A DNA stretch of 41,541 bases from Centroscyllium fabricii (lineage: Eukaryota): NCBI GenBank assembly GCA_051313645.2, contig JBNRSN020000027.1, forward strand, positions 25,628,460-25,670,000, in the 5' to 3' direction. Below are positions 21,791 to 35,947 of this stretch, one piece after another. How positions within the stretch are numbered: the first letter of the stretch is position 1; each line of letters opens with the position of its first letter. The position numbers and the translations under genes were made by a program. The notes beneath the pieces are model-generated. The model worked only from the letters and a program-made list of their open reading frames with translations. It made no database searches and had not been told where the DNA came from.

Positions 21791-23898
21791 CTACAAAATA
21801 TCTTTTAGATTTGCGTCTACATTGAATATCCATAGAGCGCCGTTCCTGTGCGGGGCAAACCTTTACCATGTCGCAACTCGAGGATTTGTGTGAAAAATCA
21901 TTATCTGAAATACAGATTGAAATTAGAGCAGACGTCACCACGCAATCGAAAGAAGCCAAGACCTGGAAAATGACGTATTATCCATTGGATTTCACTTTAA
22001 TCGTGTTTGGTTAAACAAGATGCGACTAAATCATTTGATAGAAGGGAAGTTTCGTAAGACAGGTTAAAAGTTTCAGTCGCAGAGTGTGCATCCGTCAATG
22101 TTACACAGTAACAAGTGATGTTTCAAACCGAATTCTCACATGCTAACTCTATATATATAATATATATAAACACACGATATAGAATCGTAAATAATCATAT
22201 ATATATATATGATTGAATGAAAGAAAACGATTAAACGTTTTTAATAAAAGTTAAATATTTACTTAATGTAACCTACTGAGCTAAAAGTTTGGCTAACTGT
22301 CCCTCATCATTAAGTGCTGCAGAGGCGCTTCCCCTGATATCAGAATTCCAAACCCTGCGTTATAACAACCTGATCATTTTTGATCAATAAATCCCTGCAC
22401 CAAACGCTGCAGAAGCTGTGTAATTCCTTCCTTAAGGGGAGAAAGATGATGAAACAGTAAAATAGAAAATCGATCCCAAAGTACTGAAAGTAAGACCAAG
22501 TCTGTGTTTATTTGTCACTGTTTGGATAATTACAATAAGACCTTTTTAAAATGCTGGAATGTTTTTGTTCTGTGTTGCCAATCAGCTATACTCGGTTTCT
22601 CAATGTGTCCGCTAACAATTTAGCTTTTTTTTTGTTGCCTTGATGATGAAATAAAGTTCTCCTAAGTAATCAGTGATTTCCAGTTTTGTTTCTGGTGCTT
22701 GTCATAGCTCCCCTTCGATTTTCTGCTTATTGCTTCCTCAAATGTTTGTACAAATGCATTTCTTCAACTCATTCAATCCCAACTATTCGCTCGCTTTCAC
22801 AATGCACTTGTCTATTTCCCGTCAGCCTGGAGAGATGCATGCAACTCATTGGATCTCTTATAGCTATCAATAAATGTCATTAAATCAAGATAAGTAGCGG
22901 TTGCTCTGAGATACATATTTCTACAGACAGTGTGTATAACACGCACTTAAAAAAACAGCAGTAAAACTGAGTGTTGGCATCTTCGCTGTGGTTTGTAACT
23001 TTTTGGGTAGAGTTGGTTTGTGCCTGTATAGTATGTGGGTGTAATTACCACCCCCAACCCCTGCAAACACACACACAGAGTTTGGACCGTAGACTATGTC
23101 ATTAGATCCAATGGCAAGTCTTTATGGAAAGTGTTTTGCATAATTACATGCCATAGCCAGAATACTAACCCCGACATTTTATGGGTCACAAAACTTTAAC
23201 AATTGCCACATTATTGTCCAAGGCACGAAGTACGCCACTATCGGCTTGAGGAGAAAGTAAATCTAAGAATGTGAGGCCGAAATTTTCTCAGAACCCAAAG
23301 AAGAGAGATTATTCCAATCTGACAACGTGTTTACTTATAGCTACCGAGTTCAGCGAACTTCAGGGTCCCCTGATTGAGAACTTCATCGTGATCCGATCTA
23401 GAAACCCATCAAAGAAATAGACCGAAAGGGCTCCCTTTTCAAATCTATTTTTTTTTTGCAATCGTTACCTTTGTGTCGCAGTAATTAAGATATTCTTATC
23501 TAGGGAGACAGTTTCTCTGGTAACTGAATAATGTTGTGTCTTTGATGCGAACTTTTGACAGTTATCGCATCAAGGTTGGTCAATTTGCTCAATTGCCCGC
23601 TTTTCAAATTCGATGAAAATTATTGTAAGCGTGAATCGTGCAGCGCAATGATTCAAATCTTAGTGGACACTGATCTTCGGTATAATCTACTCTTAGTTTT
23701 AAGTGTTTTTTGGTGTAGCATTATAAATCGTATGAATTGCTTGACATTTAAACAATTGTTTCGATTTTTGGAATCCGATGATATTTCCATATATTTTCTA
23801 TTCTGAAGGGCTGGGGAATTAGCATTATAATGTAACACGTAATTTGTGTTAGATCTACTATAAACTATAGAGACCTGTCGGGTTCAGAAAATGTATTG

Positions 23899-23924
23899 AT
23901 ATATATATATATATATATATATAT
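23899..23924. repeat. (AT)13 microsatellite
   Basis: Directly visible. Confidence 0.9.
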
Positions 23925-24008
23925 TTATGTTAGAATTACTACGATAGTTTTATTGTGCAATACGGAGCAATCCTGTATGATATGAATTACAAGAACTAGT
24001 TTTCTTAA

Positions 24009-24162
24009 TGATGTGGAGGTGCCGGTGTTGGACTGGGGTGGACAAATGCAATAAGTCACACAACAACAGGTTATAGTCCAACAGTTTTATTTCAAATAAC
24101 AAGCTTGTGATTTCAAATAAAACGGTTGGACTATAACCTGGAGTTGTGTGACTTCTTACATA
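24009..24162. mobile_element. Penelope-like (family A) fold-back insertion
   Basis: Imperfect palindrome centred on AAGCTT (24101-24106), which is HHR stem III and the cleavage site. 11-bp TSD AGTTTTCTTAA at 23998-24008 and 24163-24173. Confidence 0.8.
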
Positions 24163-27100
24163 AGTTTTCTTAAGGCTGAGGTTGTCATCTCACATTATAT
24201 GTACTGTCCCTGTTTTAATCCCCGTTTCTAGGCTTTAAAGTCTTGAGAATATGATGAATTTTTTGGTAAAGTCTAAATAGATCTCGTCTCAATTCACTTG
24301 GACGCGAGGTTTTCCGTGACAAAACCTCCCGAATTCATTCCCAGCAGGCTCGCCTATTGGGGGAAGGGGGTGAAGGTAGAGAGACTACAAAGTAAATCAA
24401 TGCCACGATAAATCCGTTACGTTTCTGCTTATTCCTGACACACCGATGTTAGAATGAAATCATTCTGATCGACGTGGGGTTCTTTTTCGGTTTGGAAAGG
24501 CCCTGGCGAAATAATTCCTCCACGCTCACCTTAAATGTAATTTAGTTTTAGGGGGGGATTCATTGAATATGCTCCATTTCAAACTGTCCCTCTCCAGCGG
24601 AGTAGGCGGAATCTCCAGCACCTGTGGCACCGCCATCTGTGGAGGGCTATTGCACAAAAACTGATAACAAGGTGAATTTTGATCAGGTTCAAATTTCGTC
24701 TAAAATCGGCAGGATGTGTGTGTAGGGTCTATCTTGACAGCCATGCCACAATGTTGACATTTAAAAGTGGCTGGTATATTTGTTGGACCATTGGCGAGGG
24801 AGATGGGTAGGGGACCTAAACGGTAGTCTGTCAAATAAATGCCAGGAGCGTCATGAATGGTTTCAATATTTGGTTCGATTGCATTGCAGATATACATTCG
24901 TTTGTTTAATGCTTTCTAAAGCCTTTTGCTACACATGTGCTTCGCGTTAGTTCGAAGTGAATGGAGTTATTTGTACCATAGATAGCACCAACTGCAAACA
25001 AATATGTGTTCAACCAGTGGGAAAATTTAGATTTGTAACCAATTAGTTGTGAAATAAACAATAAAATAACCTTTATTTTTGTACATGCACCGCTGTGGAA
25101 CCATTGAAACGGCTTAATACGGTGCACGGAGCTCCAGTAATGATACGTTCACAAGTGGAACTTGTCTAACATGCTGTTCAACAGGTGCTTTGCAGAATCT
25201 CGTCATGTTCTGAGCACCTCTGACGTATCGCAGCTGCAGGCTTTGAAGACAGTTGAAGTTTCTTTCAAACGAAGAATTTCTATTACATTGCGGCCGCCGA
25301 TTGTGTTAAAATAAACTTCAACGTCTATTGATGAAACATAATTTCAACGTTATGCTCTTTGCTAAAGCCAATTTCATCGGCTGAGCACAACATTAAAATA
25401 TAGATGACGACAAGCCGTTTGGTGGGGGCACTATTTCACCGCGTCCCCTCTTTTTGTGAATACTATTTTACTGGACTCCAAAGTAATACGGCTGTGTAGC
25501 GCGTAACAATTGAAGGACAAGTTATCATACTGTGTTCAGAAATTCCACGCAATAAATCAAAGAACACCGCGCATATAGGTTGGTAGAGTGTAATTCGGCT
25601 GTGTCTAGGAGTTTATGGGAGAGTATTTCAAATAGGAGAGTATTTTAACAATAGTCAACATCATAAATATTCCAAATAACATGGTTGCATTCATTGGAGA
25701 GAACATTACATTAGTTGACCATAAAATATAGAGAGAGAAACCATTCCCCTGACCTGCAGGATAACTTCCGTGTTTTAATCATCAATGTGCAAACTGATTT
25801 CCCATGCCGTCATCCAATTGACCTTACCGTCAAGGATTTTTTGAAAGATTTATCAATAGGACAAATGACTTAAGATAACTTCAGGGAGACAAAAAACGTA
25901 CTAAGCTCCCATAATCATAATCGCATACTTATCATCTACAAATGAAATAAAAAGCACCAAAAGTTTCAAATTAGTTCTCGAAAGACTTGATTCCATTATA
26001 AGCAGCGGAAGACTGTACAGTTCACGTGAAACGCACATCATTTGACAAGATAACAATGATATAATAAGTACAATTATTGTGTTACACTGCTGAATACTTT
26101 TAAAGCATTTGGTCAAACCATTCCCCTTATTTTAATGAAAAACATTATATGATTTTTGCTTTTAAACCTGGTAGCGATTCATTTAAATATAGCGCCAGCA
26201 TTGAATTATAGTACTGGAAATAAGTACGGAATAAAATTATTAAATATATTTTCTCAGCACTTTACCTTTTTGCACATTAATGAGGTAAAATGATCGAGAA
26301 TGAGACATAATTTCACGGAGAAAATATGTGACACCCCGTTTGTCCATTTTCTTGAAATCTGTAAAGAAAACAACGTGTTTTATCACCTGAAATCACCAAA
26401 AGAAGAAAAACGCAAAGAACAAATTGATTTGCTCTGGACGTTATTATACTGATGCAGCGACGGTGACAACCTGACAATTGTAAAGATCCGAAGGAAACAG
26501 GAAATTAGAAAATTCACAGAGAGCTATAAAGCTTCAATGAAATTTACCTTCAGAACACAGACCATGAAGGATCACAAGCAGATGGATTATTAAATTATGA
26601 CAGCGGCCCCCGTCCTTGGAAAAAATAACTACAATTTATTTAAACGCAGCAAATACAAATTTACTTTGAATATAAGAAATATTTTTGGGTGCAAACTATT
26701 ATATTTGCGCGTTAACAAGTATTCAATCAATTTTGCACAATACATTTCCTGCATTACTTCTTCGCTAACTTTTTTTTCTACATAGCATATAATTGAATTG
26801 TAATGATCAAAAGTAATCAGTCAGCACCGTATCTCCAAATTGCAACCCCAGCCCCCCCCCCCCCCCCATTTTAATGTGTAAAATAGGTTATATGCGAATT
26901 AGTTGTTTTTCTCACTTTTTCCAAAAAAAAAGAAAGGTCTTTTGATTGCCCCTTACATTGAACTCAATGCGAAACGCTCAAAAGTTTAATAGTAGGTTGT
27001 AATGGTGCATCCGCTCCGAGTTTATTGCCTGATACCCGTTTGGGACAGTTAGATTGGTGCTCACTGTTAAATCAGCTTTTTTCAATTACAATCTATCATT

Positions 27101-30100
27101 TCCTTAAACGTCGTGGAGAAAACATAGTTTCATTGATTAGTATTTTCGCCTTTTCCTGGTTTATTTATCAGGACCTCGGACGAATCCGTGGTACGACTTC
27201 ACTTATTACATTTAAGAGATTTTGATGCTGAAATGTCACTTTTAATTTCACAAGACAAACAGCATTCTCGACGTATAATATTAAACCAAACAGATACACC
27301 AATGAATGCGTTTCAGTTCATTTTGTACTGGCAAACTGCAAGCAAAATGCAGATATCGCCTTCTCACTTTTAATTTATAACGCCACGTCCATATTTTAAA
27401 TTGACAATAAAAAATTGACCATTTTTAATTTCCAATGCATGCATTTAATTCAGCGAAGGTTGTTTGATGAGACGCCGTAGGTATATCTAATTTAATTTCG
27501 CAACCAGTAGGGTTTTAAATAATACCAGACGATGCAATCTATTTTTTTTTGCAATTATAGGTGTGTTGATTTTCGTTGCCAAGAATTTAATTTTGAAATT
27601 TGGTATTACCTTCGACAGATATCACCTAGACAAAGAATTGAGTTTCAGAGCACATCATGTTGTTCAGGAACCAGCGCCTCCTAGTACCTGACTGGGTATT
27701 AACGCGAATAGATTCTCCTAAAGGCCCATCACAATACCATATAAAATAAAACAAATAATATGAGCATAATGCTGGGGTTTTAAGGGAAATGGATGTGCGA
27801 CAATGTTATATCAGTCAGTATCGGTCTAATGTAAAATGCTAACTTCGTGATTATATCGCAAAATGAAACGCAAGGGTGGCTTTGTGTGATGATAAATGCG
27901 AACTCCTACTGAAATCAAACAATTCTTCAATGCGAGAAATTATTCTCAAAGCTTAAAGTGTTTTACATGTATTGGTGGTTTAATACTGCCCGATTGACGA
28001 TGTTGAACAAAATAAATATTAAATGATACCAGCTATAAGCTGGAAAGGCCCTCCTTATCATATGGGTTTCTTTACAAGTATTCCAAATATCTTATTTTAA
28101 CTCAGATTTAATACATTCAGAACAGTTTATGAATACAATTGTATTTAACTACAGCTCCAATTATTTGACAATCTTGTCGTCACATAACTTTCACCTGCAG
28201 CACTTTGCTCACATTCTCCCGAATAAGTCTTTTTTTTAAGTAAAATGTAACAAGCAGCGACGTGTAAATCATTGCATTTGCAAACAGGGTGTCAACAGCG
28301 AGATAAAACGCCAGGTACTAAAACACTATTTTTTTTCAGGGGATAATTAATGTATTGTGGTTATTTCGCTACGATTCTATAATTAAATACTTACGCCTTT
28401 GCTAAACTTTTAGTAATAAAAATAATTTCGCAATGAAACGACCGACATATTCTATTTTTCAACGCAGGGCCTGTTTTACAGTTTAATTTGTGTTTTCTCC
28501 AACACGTTATAGCTGAGATAATTTGTTTGTCTTAAAAGGCAAAAATAAAAGTAAAAGCAATCATTACACGTAAAGGCTGTACAGTTATATTGAATAGACC
28601 AGCGCAGTTTCTAACCTCTGGTATTTATTCAAACAAAGCAAAGTTAAAATCATAATCTGACTAAGCTCAGAGGCTCCATAGTTTGTCAGACACTCCGCAA
28701 TCGAAGAAAAAGACAAGATCAAATTAAGGAAACCCCTTTGTGCAAAATAGCGCTTTCTCCGCGCAGGTCTGTCTCCAACTATTGCTGTAAAATAATTTTT
28801 TGAACTTTTAATCTGCGGAACTCTTTACTGCAGCGATCACTGGTTGGAATTGCAATAGTTAAATTATGTGGCGTTCAACGTGATTTTATTTTACGAAGAT
28901 GTGCAAAATGCATGTGGGATTTTATCACAGTTTATGGACCCCAAACAAATGCAGTAATGTCAGATTCTTTTGTGCCTGATGGCGCTGCACCATCTTGAAA
29001 GTACAACAGGAAAACCACAGATATTAGCGCCACCCCGCTGTCATTGGTGGGATGTGCACTCCAAAAGCAGGGAGCAGATCAAACAGTCTCTCAGACATGA
29101 CACACACATCGTTACCCTTTGTAACTTTTCATTAAATTATTGAACCTTTTATTAGACACCAACAGCAGCATCCTTTTTGACGTGCTGATCCCGAACTGCT
29201 CACATTAAAATATTCCTTTGCTCCAAGTCTCAGTACTTTAACTGTTAATGACAAAGTTATATAATCTCAATTAATTCCATTAACAATCCATAATAAAATA
29301 TGTAAACGTGAATGCTTTTAAAACAAATATATTTCTCAAAGTTTAATGTTTATTAAAGCATATATTCAATCTATTCCTCAATACAAATTGAAGGATGATT
29401 GATGCCAACATGTTTGGTACATATACCAACAATTTCTTTCTCACATCTGACTATTGTAGTGGATCGCAATTGTTATGCCTACTATGAGTGTAAGGGTGAA
29501 TTCTACTGCTGTTAAACTTCCTGCCACAAAATGCAAAGCAAGAGTGAGGAGTTTGTATTACAACTGTGTCATAGTGTTACACCGATGCAAAACATGTAGC
29601 CAGAGGGGCTGCTAATGATTACAGTATAAAACCCGGCTCCAACAGAACAGGCAGCCGAGAAACTGGCCATTATTAATTCAGTGGTCAGGCACTTATCCAA
29701 CTCTCTCTGGACTATAAAACAAGAAACACATAGCACTCCAACATAAAGATTTTTAAAATATGATGCTTTATGTCTCAACGCTAATTATAAACTTTTCCCT
29801 CTTCTTTTCAAGCCGGTCCCACTCTTTATACAGCTGATTTCCTCTCCGGCACCATGCTACAAGACGATTAGCAGCAAATTATCCCTACGTTTTTGCTATT
29901 ACATTACAAATTTATTTTATGTGACGCGCCGTCAGACCTTTCCAGCCGCATTTCACTGAATGAGTAATTGTAGAGATCCAGATGGAATAGATTTTCTAGA
30001 TTTGGCAAGACATTTGTCATTTTTAGAGTACCAGATACAGAATATAAGTCAAGCCTTTTTTGTGCATGAAGTTTCCTAATAATTCAGATGATATTTAATA

Positions 30101-33100
30101 CAGTGGAACGCAGCGATTTTGTTTGACAATGCAACATTTTGAAAAGGTAGAACTAAATTCACTGCAATATCGACACTTACTAAAGTTGGGACTTATTAAA
30201 TCTAGCCGGACGTGGCTATACAGGTTGTAAATCATCGCACATCGTTTTATTGAAAAGGAGCATTTGAATTATTTTCTAAGTGTTGGAGAGTGTGGAAAGC
30301 TTTGCAATTACGAACAGAGGGCGGAACTACTTTTTTGGGCATCTTTTTAGGTGTTATTTATCTCAGAGGGAAAGACAATTCTGTTCCAGTTCTCCATTAG
30401 ACTGATACAACCACTTTGCTGTATTAATGCACATTTTACTGCAGCTAGTTTTAGATTTGACTTTGGAATACTTTCTGCAATCAATCCATGTTCTAATTCG
30501 TACAGTAGCTCATGAAATAAAATAATCTAGTGATTGTGAACTAACTGGACCACTGCAAATATGCATAAGAATCGCTGCATCCAAACAGACTGCGACAGCA
30601 TAGTCACTGCGTCCATTTCGGAAGACATATTTAGAAAAGACATGGCTGAATCAAATCGGTTCTCCACCTTACAGGTTCTGAAACTGAAAGGTTTAGAACT
30701 TTTTCATTACCGTTTCTTTATGCTAGATCAAAGATGTTGCAAAATTGCACACAGCCCCCAATTGTTATTATGTTCGCGCGGTGATGGATAAGCACAGTGC
30801 CATCGCATCTAGTTCTAAAATAAACATGCAAGCATGCTCGTTTATTAATATATTGAACAATGTGCTGTAATATGAAATATCAAGCGTGCATTACAGTTGC
30901 ACCTCGATCTTAGTGATTTGCCCCGTTTCTATTCAAATGAATGCAGTGTGTTCGATATTTTAATAAGTCTTGGTTTATGTTTGATTGTCCTGATATTGTA
31001 ATAAATGCAATTGTTCAGAGTCACGTGCTGGGCCGGGATTCCAACCTCAGATCCGATTTAATCTGCTCACTCTGAGCTTGCTTTAATCGGCGGATCTTCG
31101 GGGGGGGAGAGAGCGAGAGGGGGAAAACAAACAGAAATTAAAAAAACCCGCGGGCCTTATTAAAAAAAAAGGCACAAAGCATTGAGGTGTGTGTGTGTGT
31201 CTGTGTGTGGAACGCCACACTGGAAAGGGAGCGGAGTTGTGGGATCAATCCAAAGGACACCCAGAAGAGATAGAGCCGATATTCCAGAAATATACATACA
31301 ATATGTATATCCATATATAAATATATAATTGCACAGGAAAAAAATATAATACATGCAGCATCTAGGCTGGGATATTAAATATATCTCCACTATCATTGAT
31401 TGCACTGCAATGATATAGGCCAGTGTACTTGGCTAGCTGTTCACAACTGTCGATTCATTAAAACAAATAACCTGCCCTGCCTGTTTCCCTCACATATCTG
31501 CAATAATCTAATACCCAGTAAATGAAATTGTTTTTAAATGCTCGGCAGATACATGTTATTCCACCAATTTTAAATCCAACGCGGTTAATTCTTTTTTTCT
31601 TGAATGTATATGTAAAAAAAAACGAATCATAATAGTTGAAAAAAAAATACTGGCTGAAATTATTTATTAACACTTGCAATAAATAGTCCCACTTATCCGC
31701 GTCCACGGAATGGCGGCAGTTGATAATCTGCCACAAAGCAGCCATTTTTTTAATCGCTTGGAAGTCGTGCCTGGATGAAGTATTGATACAATAAAATGAT
31801 CTGCCTAACAAGTGAATCAGATTTGTATTGCCAAATAAATAACTCCAAATAAACGCATAAATAGCTCGCTACTCGAGCCTTATAGCCAGCGTGTCAAACT
31901 AAAACGGCGATAAGTAATACTGGGGATTAAATGTTTTAAATATTACCCTATAGTATTACATTTAAATCGACTCCTAGCCAGAAAGGGCCATGCTATGGTT
32001 TCAATCATTTTGTGCGCTTCCTCCTGAATATCCGATACCTATCCGATACTATAATGGTACATTTTTGGAATAAGAATCGGTTAAGTGTAGCAAATTAATT
32101 GGGTACTTCATTGTAACATAACCCTGTTTTTATAATTCGGGAGAATAGGAGATATCATTTCAGCCTCATTTGATTGTTGCATTTAACATCCAATTTTCAA
32201 TTAGTAAGCAGAAGTATGAAACTTATTTAATTGTGATTCTACCATCATACCACCAGCAGATATATTTCCACACTTGCACGGTTTGTCGCACTTGCAAATA
32301 AATATTCTGCATATTTTGGCGAAGATTTTTCTGAAGATTATTTTGTATGCACTCTGCAAAAGGAAAATCCGTGAAGAACTCAGTGTGATGGTTTTTTTTT
32401 AAATGTTTTACAGATTCTGCATGTTATTGGAAGGCAGTAAGCAGATGTGGTTGAATAATATGTCATCAATATACAAAATGTGTGAGTCACTCTGTAAATA
32501 AATTATTGCTGGCCACTGATTTAATAACCAAATTTGAAGGGATGCTACAAGGATTAACTACTTGCTACATCGGCATATGACGCCTTATTCTGTCTCCCCG
32601 CCTAATGATATTAGAAGTTTAGGTTTCCTGCTGGATCTGATGTATAGATTCTTTTCATATTCCTTTCTGGACAATTAATAGCAATTTAACATTTTCATCA
32701 GACCATATTTACCGAGATGGACAAACGAATCACACCAGTCCACCCACTGTTTTTTTTTAAATTCAAGGGTTTGAAGAGTGCTGCAGAATGTTGTCATGTT
32801 TTAAAGGTTATGCTTTTTTTGTAATAAGTACATTTGTTTCGATCAAACAAGACATTATTTAGACCGATGCACGTTAGCACAGCCGAGCTATCCTCAGTGC
32901 TGAGATGGTTCATGCAGCCATATGAAGTGCATCTAATTCAGTCCATTGCACCAGCAAGTCGTCTTGAAATGCGTTTTATGTCATGATTGTTGCAAGCATT
33001 TCTGCGTTTAAATGCATTTCGACGATCTATGCCTTTGAAATTGTTTACTGTTCAAGTGTGTTCTGCATAAGTTATGTTTTTTGACATGGCGAAATATTCC

Positions 33101-35907
33101 TTTCATAATGTGAACGTGCATTGTGCGCCATTTGTGTCGCTGAAATGTCCCCAATATCTTTCGGTTTAAAGGAACTGAACTCTTCAGGTTGTGAGACGAA
33201 AACGTCAAGGCAGTATTTAGCAGGCATTCCAATTTTCTTATTTCTTGAATACTTTGCGGTGCTATGCTTTATAGTAATAGGACAGTAAATTGCCAGTGAC
33301 CCTGAACTATCGCTGGGTCTGCTTGAAAAGCTTTGCTTCCAAACCCAGACAAAGGTTTCATGCACACAAATACAACCTATTTAAAGGCGGATCACAATAC
33401 TCGGCAGATTGAATTCCTCATATATATATAAGGTCTCATAGGGGTTGCAACATCCATTTAAATTTAATTTCTGTAGAAAGTTTGTTTCGCACAAGCACGT
33501 TTATAGTCCTAATACGAGTGTTGATAAGGTAAATAATATAGGCCCCTGCTCCCTTTCTGATTTATACGGAAGATTCGCCAAATTCGTGCGAATTGAAAGT
33601 TTTTTTGGTTGGGCTTTCAAGCAACGAGGAACATAAATGGGCACAGTTGGGGGGAAAAAAATTATAAACTTAGATTGGCAGAATTTAAAGAAGGCGGTGG
33701 AACTAGGATGAAACAATAGGTGTTCACAGAACGAAAGAACTTTGCAAATCTTATTTACTGTTTTCCAATGGAAAAGTGTCAGAATGCGCCAAAGGGCTTA
33801 AAGGCTTAACGCTGGCAGTAAGTTCATCATCAGAGCGTGCTATTCTTTCGGGCTTTTTAACCATCCTTTGAGACGATTCAAACCACTCTTTCTCCGGCTT
33901 GATCCCAAAAGAAAAAAACCCAAAGGAGCAAAGGTCGAAGTTTAACAGTATTCTCTTGACTTCCAGGTGTTCAACATGCCGCATTCAAGCATCAGCAAGG
34001 CTGATATATATACTGCACCTCGGGTTTTTAAATAAATATATTGGGACGTACACCGATCGAGACGAGTATCGGGTGAACGAGCTATGTGACTGGCTATGTA
34101 AACAAATACATATCTAACTTTATAGGTACTGTACCACACACTGTAATGGGCAGGCGCGCAGAATGAACTGGCGTTTTAGACTGTGGAGATTTTAGTCCTG
34201 TAATCGTGTCTTACCTAAAGGTGATGATGCCACCAACAAAACAAAAACAGAACATAAATTTGTGTCATTTAAGTTTTTTTCAGAATAGAAAACCACCAGT
34301 CTGCTTTAATAGTCCCGCAGCAAGTATACTGGTTGCAACATTATCTGTACAAGAGATGTATCAATCAAATCAATCAGTGTTGACAAATTAGAAATATTTG
34401 AAGGAACGCGTTAATTTACAACTTCGTTATTAGTTAACAATCACCAGCATTGTAGTGGCAATTAATAACACTCTGAGTGGGACACTCAAAGACGGATGAA
34501 TCCTCCTGTACCGGTAGTGATAAGCACAGCTGTCCCACAATGATGGCGAATGATAGAAAGATTGGGGAACCGGCGGGGGTGGGTAGGCGGTGGTGTGGGA
34601 GAGAGCGGGGGGCGGGGGGTGGGCTGGCGACTGAGAGAAAGCGTTAATAATGAAACCTTCGCAGGTAGGAAAGGATGGGGAAGAATGATGAAGAGAGAAA
34701 AAAGAAGAAAATAAAACAAATGCTCATTGCAATACCGCACGACCCAGCGGCTGGTCGACCCGCTGTCCACAGAGCATGTTGCGGTTGCAAGCACGGCGAG
34801 CTACAATCGGTTCCAAAACCGACAGAACCAACCGACAGTCGCTGCCAATAACTTAATGATCAGGTTGAAAATCAAACTGAGACCCGCCACCCCCCAAAAA
34901 AAAGACTCACTTGCAAGCCATACCACACACAAATTCATCACAGTACGGGAATGACCAGTGTGCCAGTCATTGTTTAATGGGATCCTCATATTTCCATTCG
35001 GAGTCAGAGAGTTTTTGCAGGTCAGATGCGCCAATGTTAAACTTTCTCTCTCTCTCTCCCCACTCATTCCTTCTCGCGCATGCACAACATTTATAGACCC
35101 TTCCCCCAACCCCAATTGCTGACAGTTCGACATAAACTTCAGCTTAAATATTCTTTTTCGTGTGTGTGTGTCGCTGTTGGCCTCCTTCGCAAACATCCTT
35201 TTTTTTAAATGACCAGTTATGTATTTTCCACCTCCCTCTCTCCCTCTCTCTCCCTCACCCCCCAGCCCTCCGTCCCTATTTCTACCCACTTGGCTCAAAT
35301 CACAGCAGGTTCTAACTACTTGAAATTCAGCAAAATAATGACCGTCTCAAAACGATAAATCATCGCCTCCATGTAAACCTTGAAGGAGCTTTTTAGAAAA
35401 TAGCTTGCTTACTGTGTTATGTGTGTGCAGAGCTCCGTGTCCATTCCGATCGCTGCCACGATCCTTCCTGTGAACGGCCAGTTCCGCACTTTACACTGGA
35501 ATCTTTTTGGTTTTGTTTAAAGTGATACTTTTTAAAAAATCGGTTGCAACTTTTTTCGACTTTATTTTTTGTTGTTGTTGTTGAACGCACACTTGGGGTT
35601 TACTAAGTCGCAGCGCGCGGCACAAAAGGAGCTACGGAATGAGATTTATGGGTTTCCAAATCAAAAGGTTCATTCGACATGAGAGGTTAACACAAAGTTC
35701 GTATGACCGTGACTTGCATTGGCAAAAAGCAACGCCGACTCAGCACAAAGGCAGTTCAAAGGAACCCTTTAAAACACACGCAGACACGCACACACATACA
35801 GACACACACAGACACACGCAGACATACACCAGTCCAAACTGCGGTTTTCATATTCCTGTTATACTTTCCAAGCCGGGGCATCCTTTTGTTCGTCACTGGA
35901 GTTGGGC

Positions 35908-35910
<3 letters not shown>

Positions 35911-35943
<33 letters not shown>

Positions 35944-35947
35944 CCTC
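35911..35947. repeat. (CT)n microsatellite
   Basis: Directly visible. Confidence 0.9.

Noticed and set aside
2251-24173. Recurrent palindromic repeats as CRISPR, terminators or DNA-transposon MITEs
   Set aside because: Eukaryotic context, no spacer array, and variable arm lengths and TSD sizes. HHR motifs and a GIY-YIG-like peptide point to Penelope-like retroelements.
25435-25444. TTCACCGCGT match to the miR-124 antisense sequence
   Set aside because: Only 10 nt, lacks most of the seed match, and there is no hairpin.
27670-29043. Several CTCF-like motifs
   Set aside because: Partial matches expected by chance; cannot be scored without a PWM or ChIP data.
33751-33984. Minus-strand ORF with protein-like composition (KPEKEWFESSQRMVKK...)
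   Set aside because: No family recognised and no partner exons found.
34801-35298. 165-aa minus-strand ORF
   Set aside because: Runs through low-complexity GA/CA tracts; no homology recognised.
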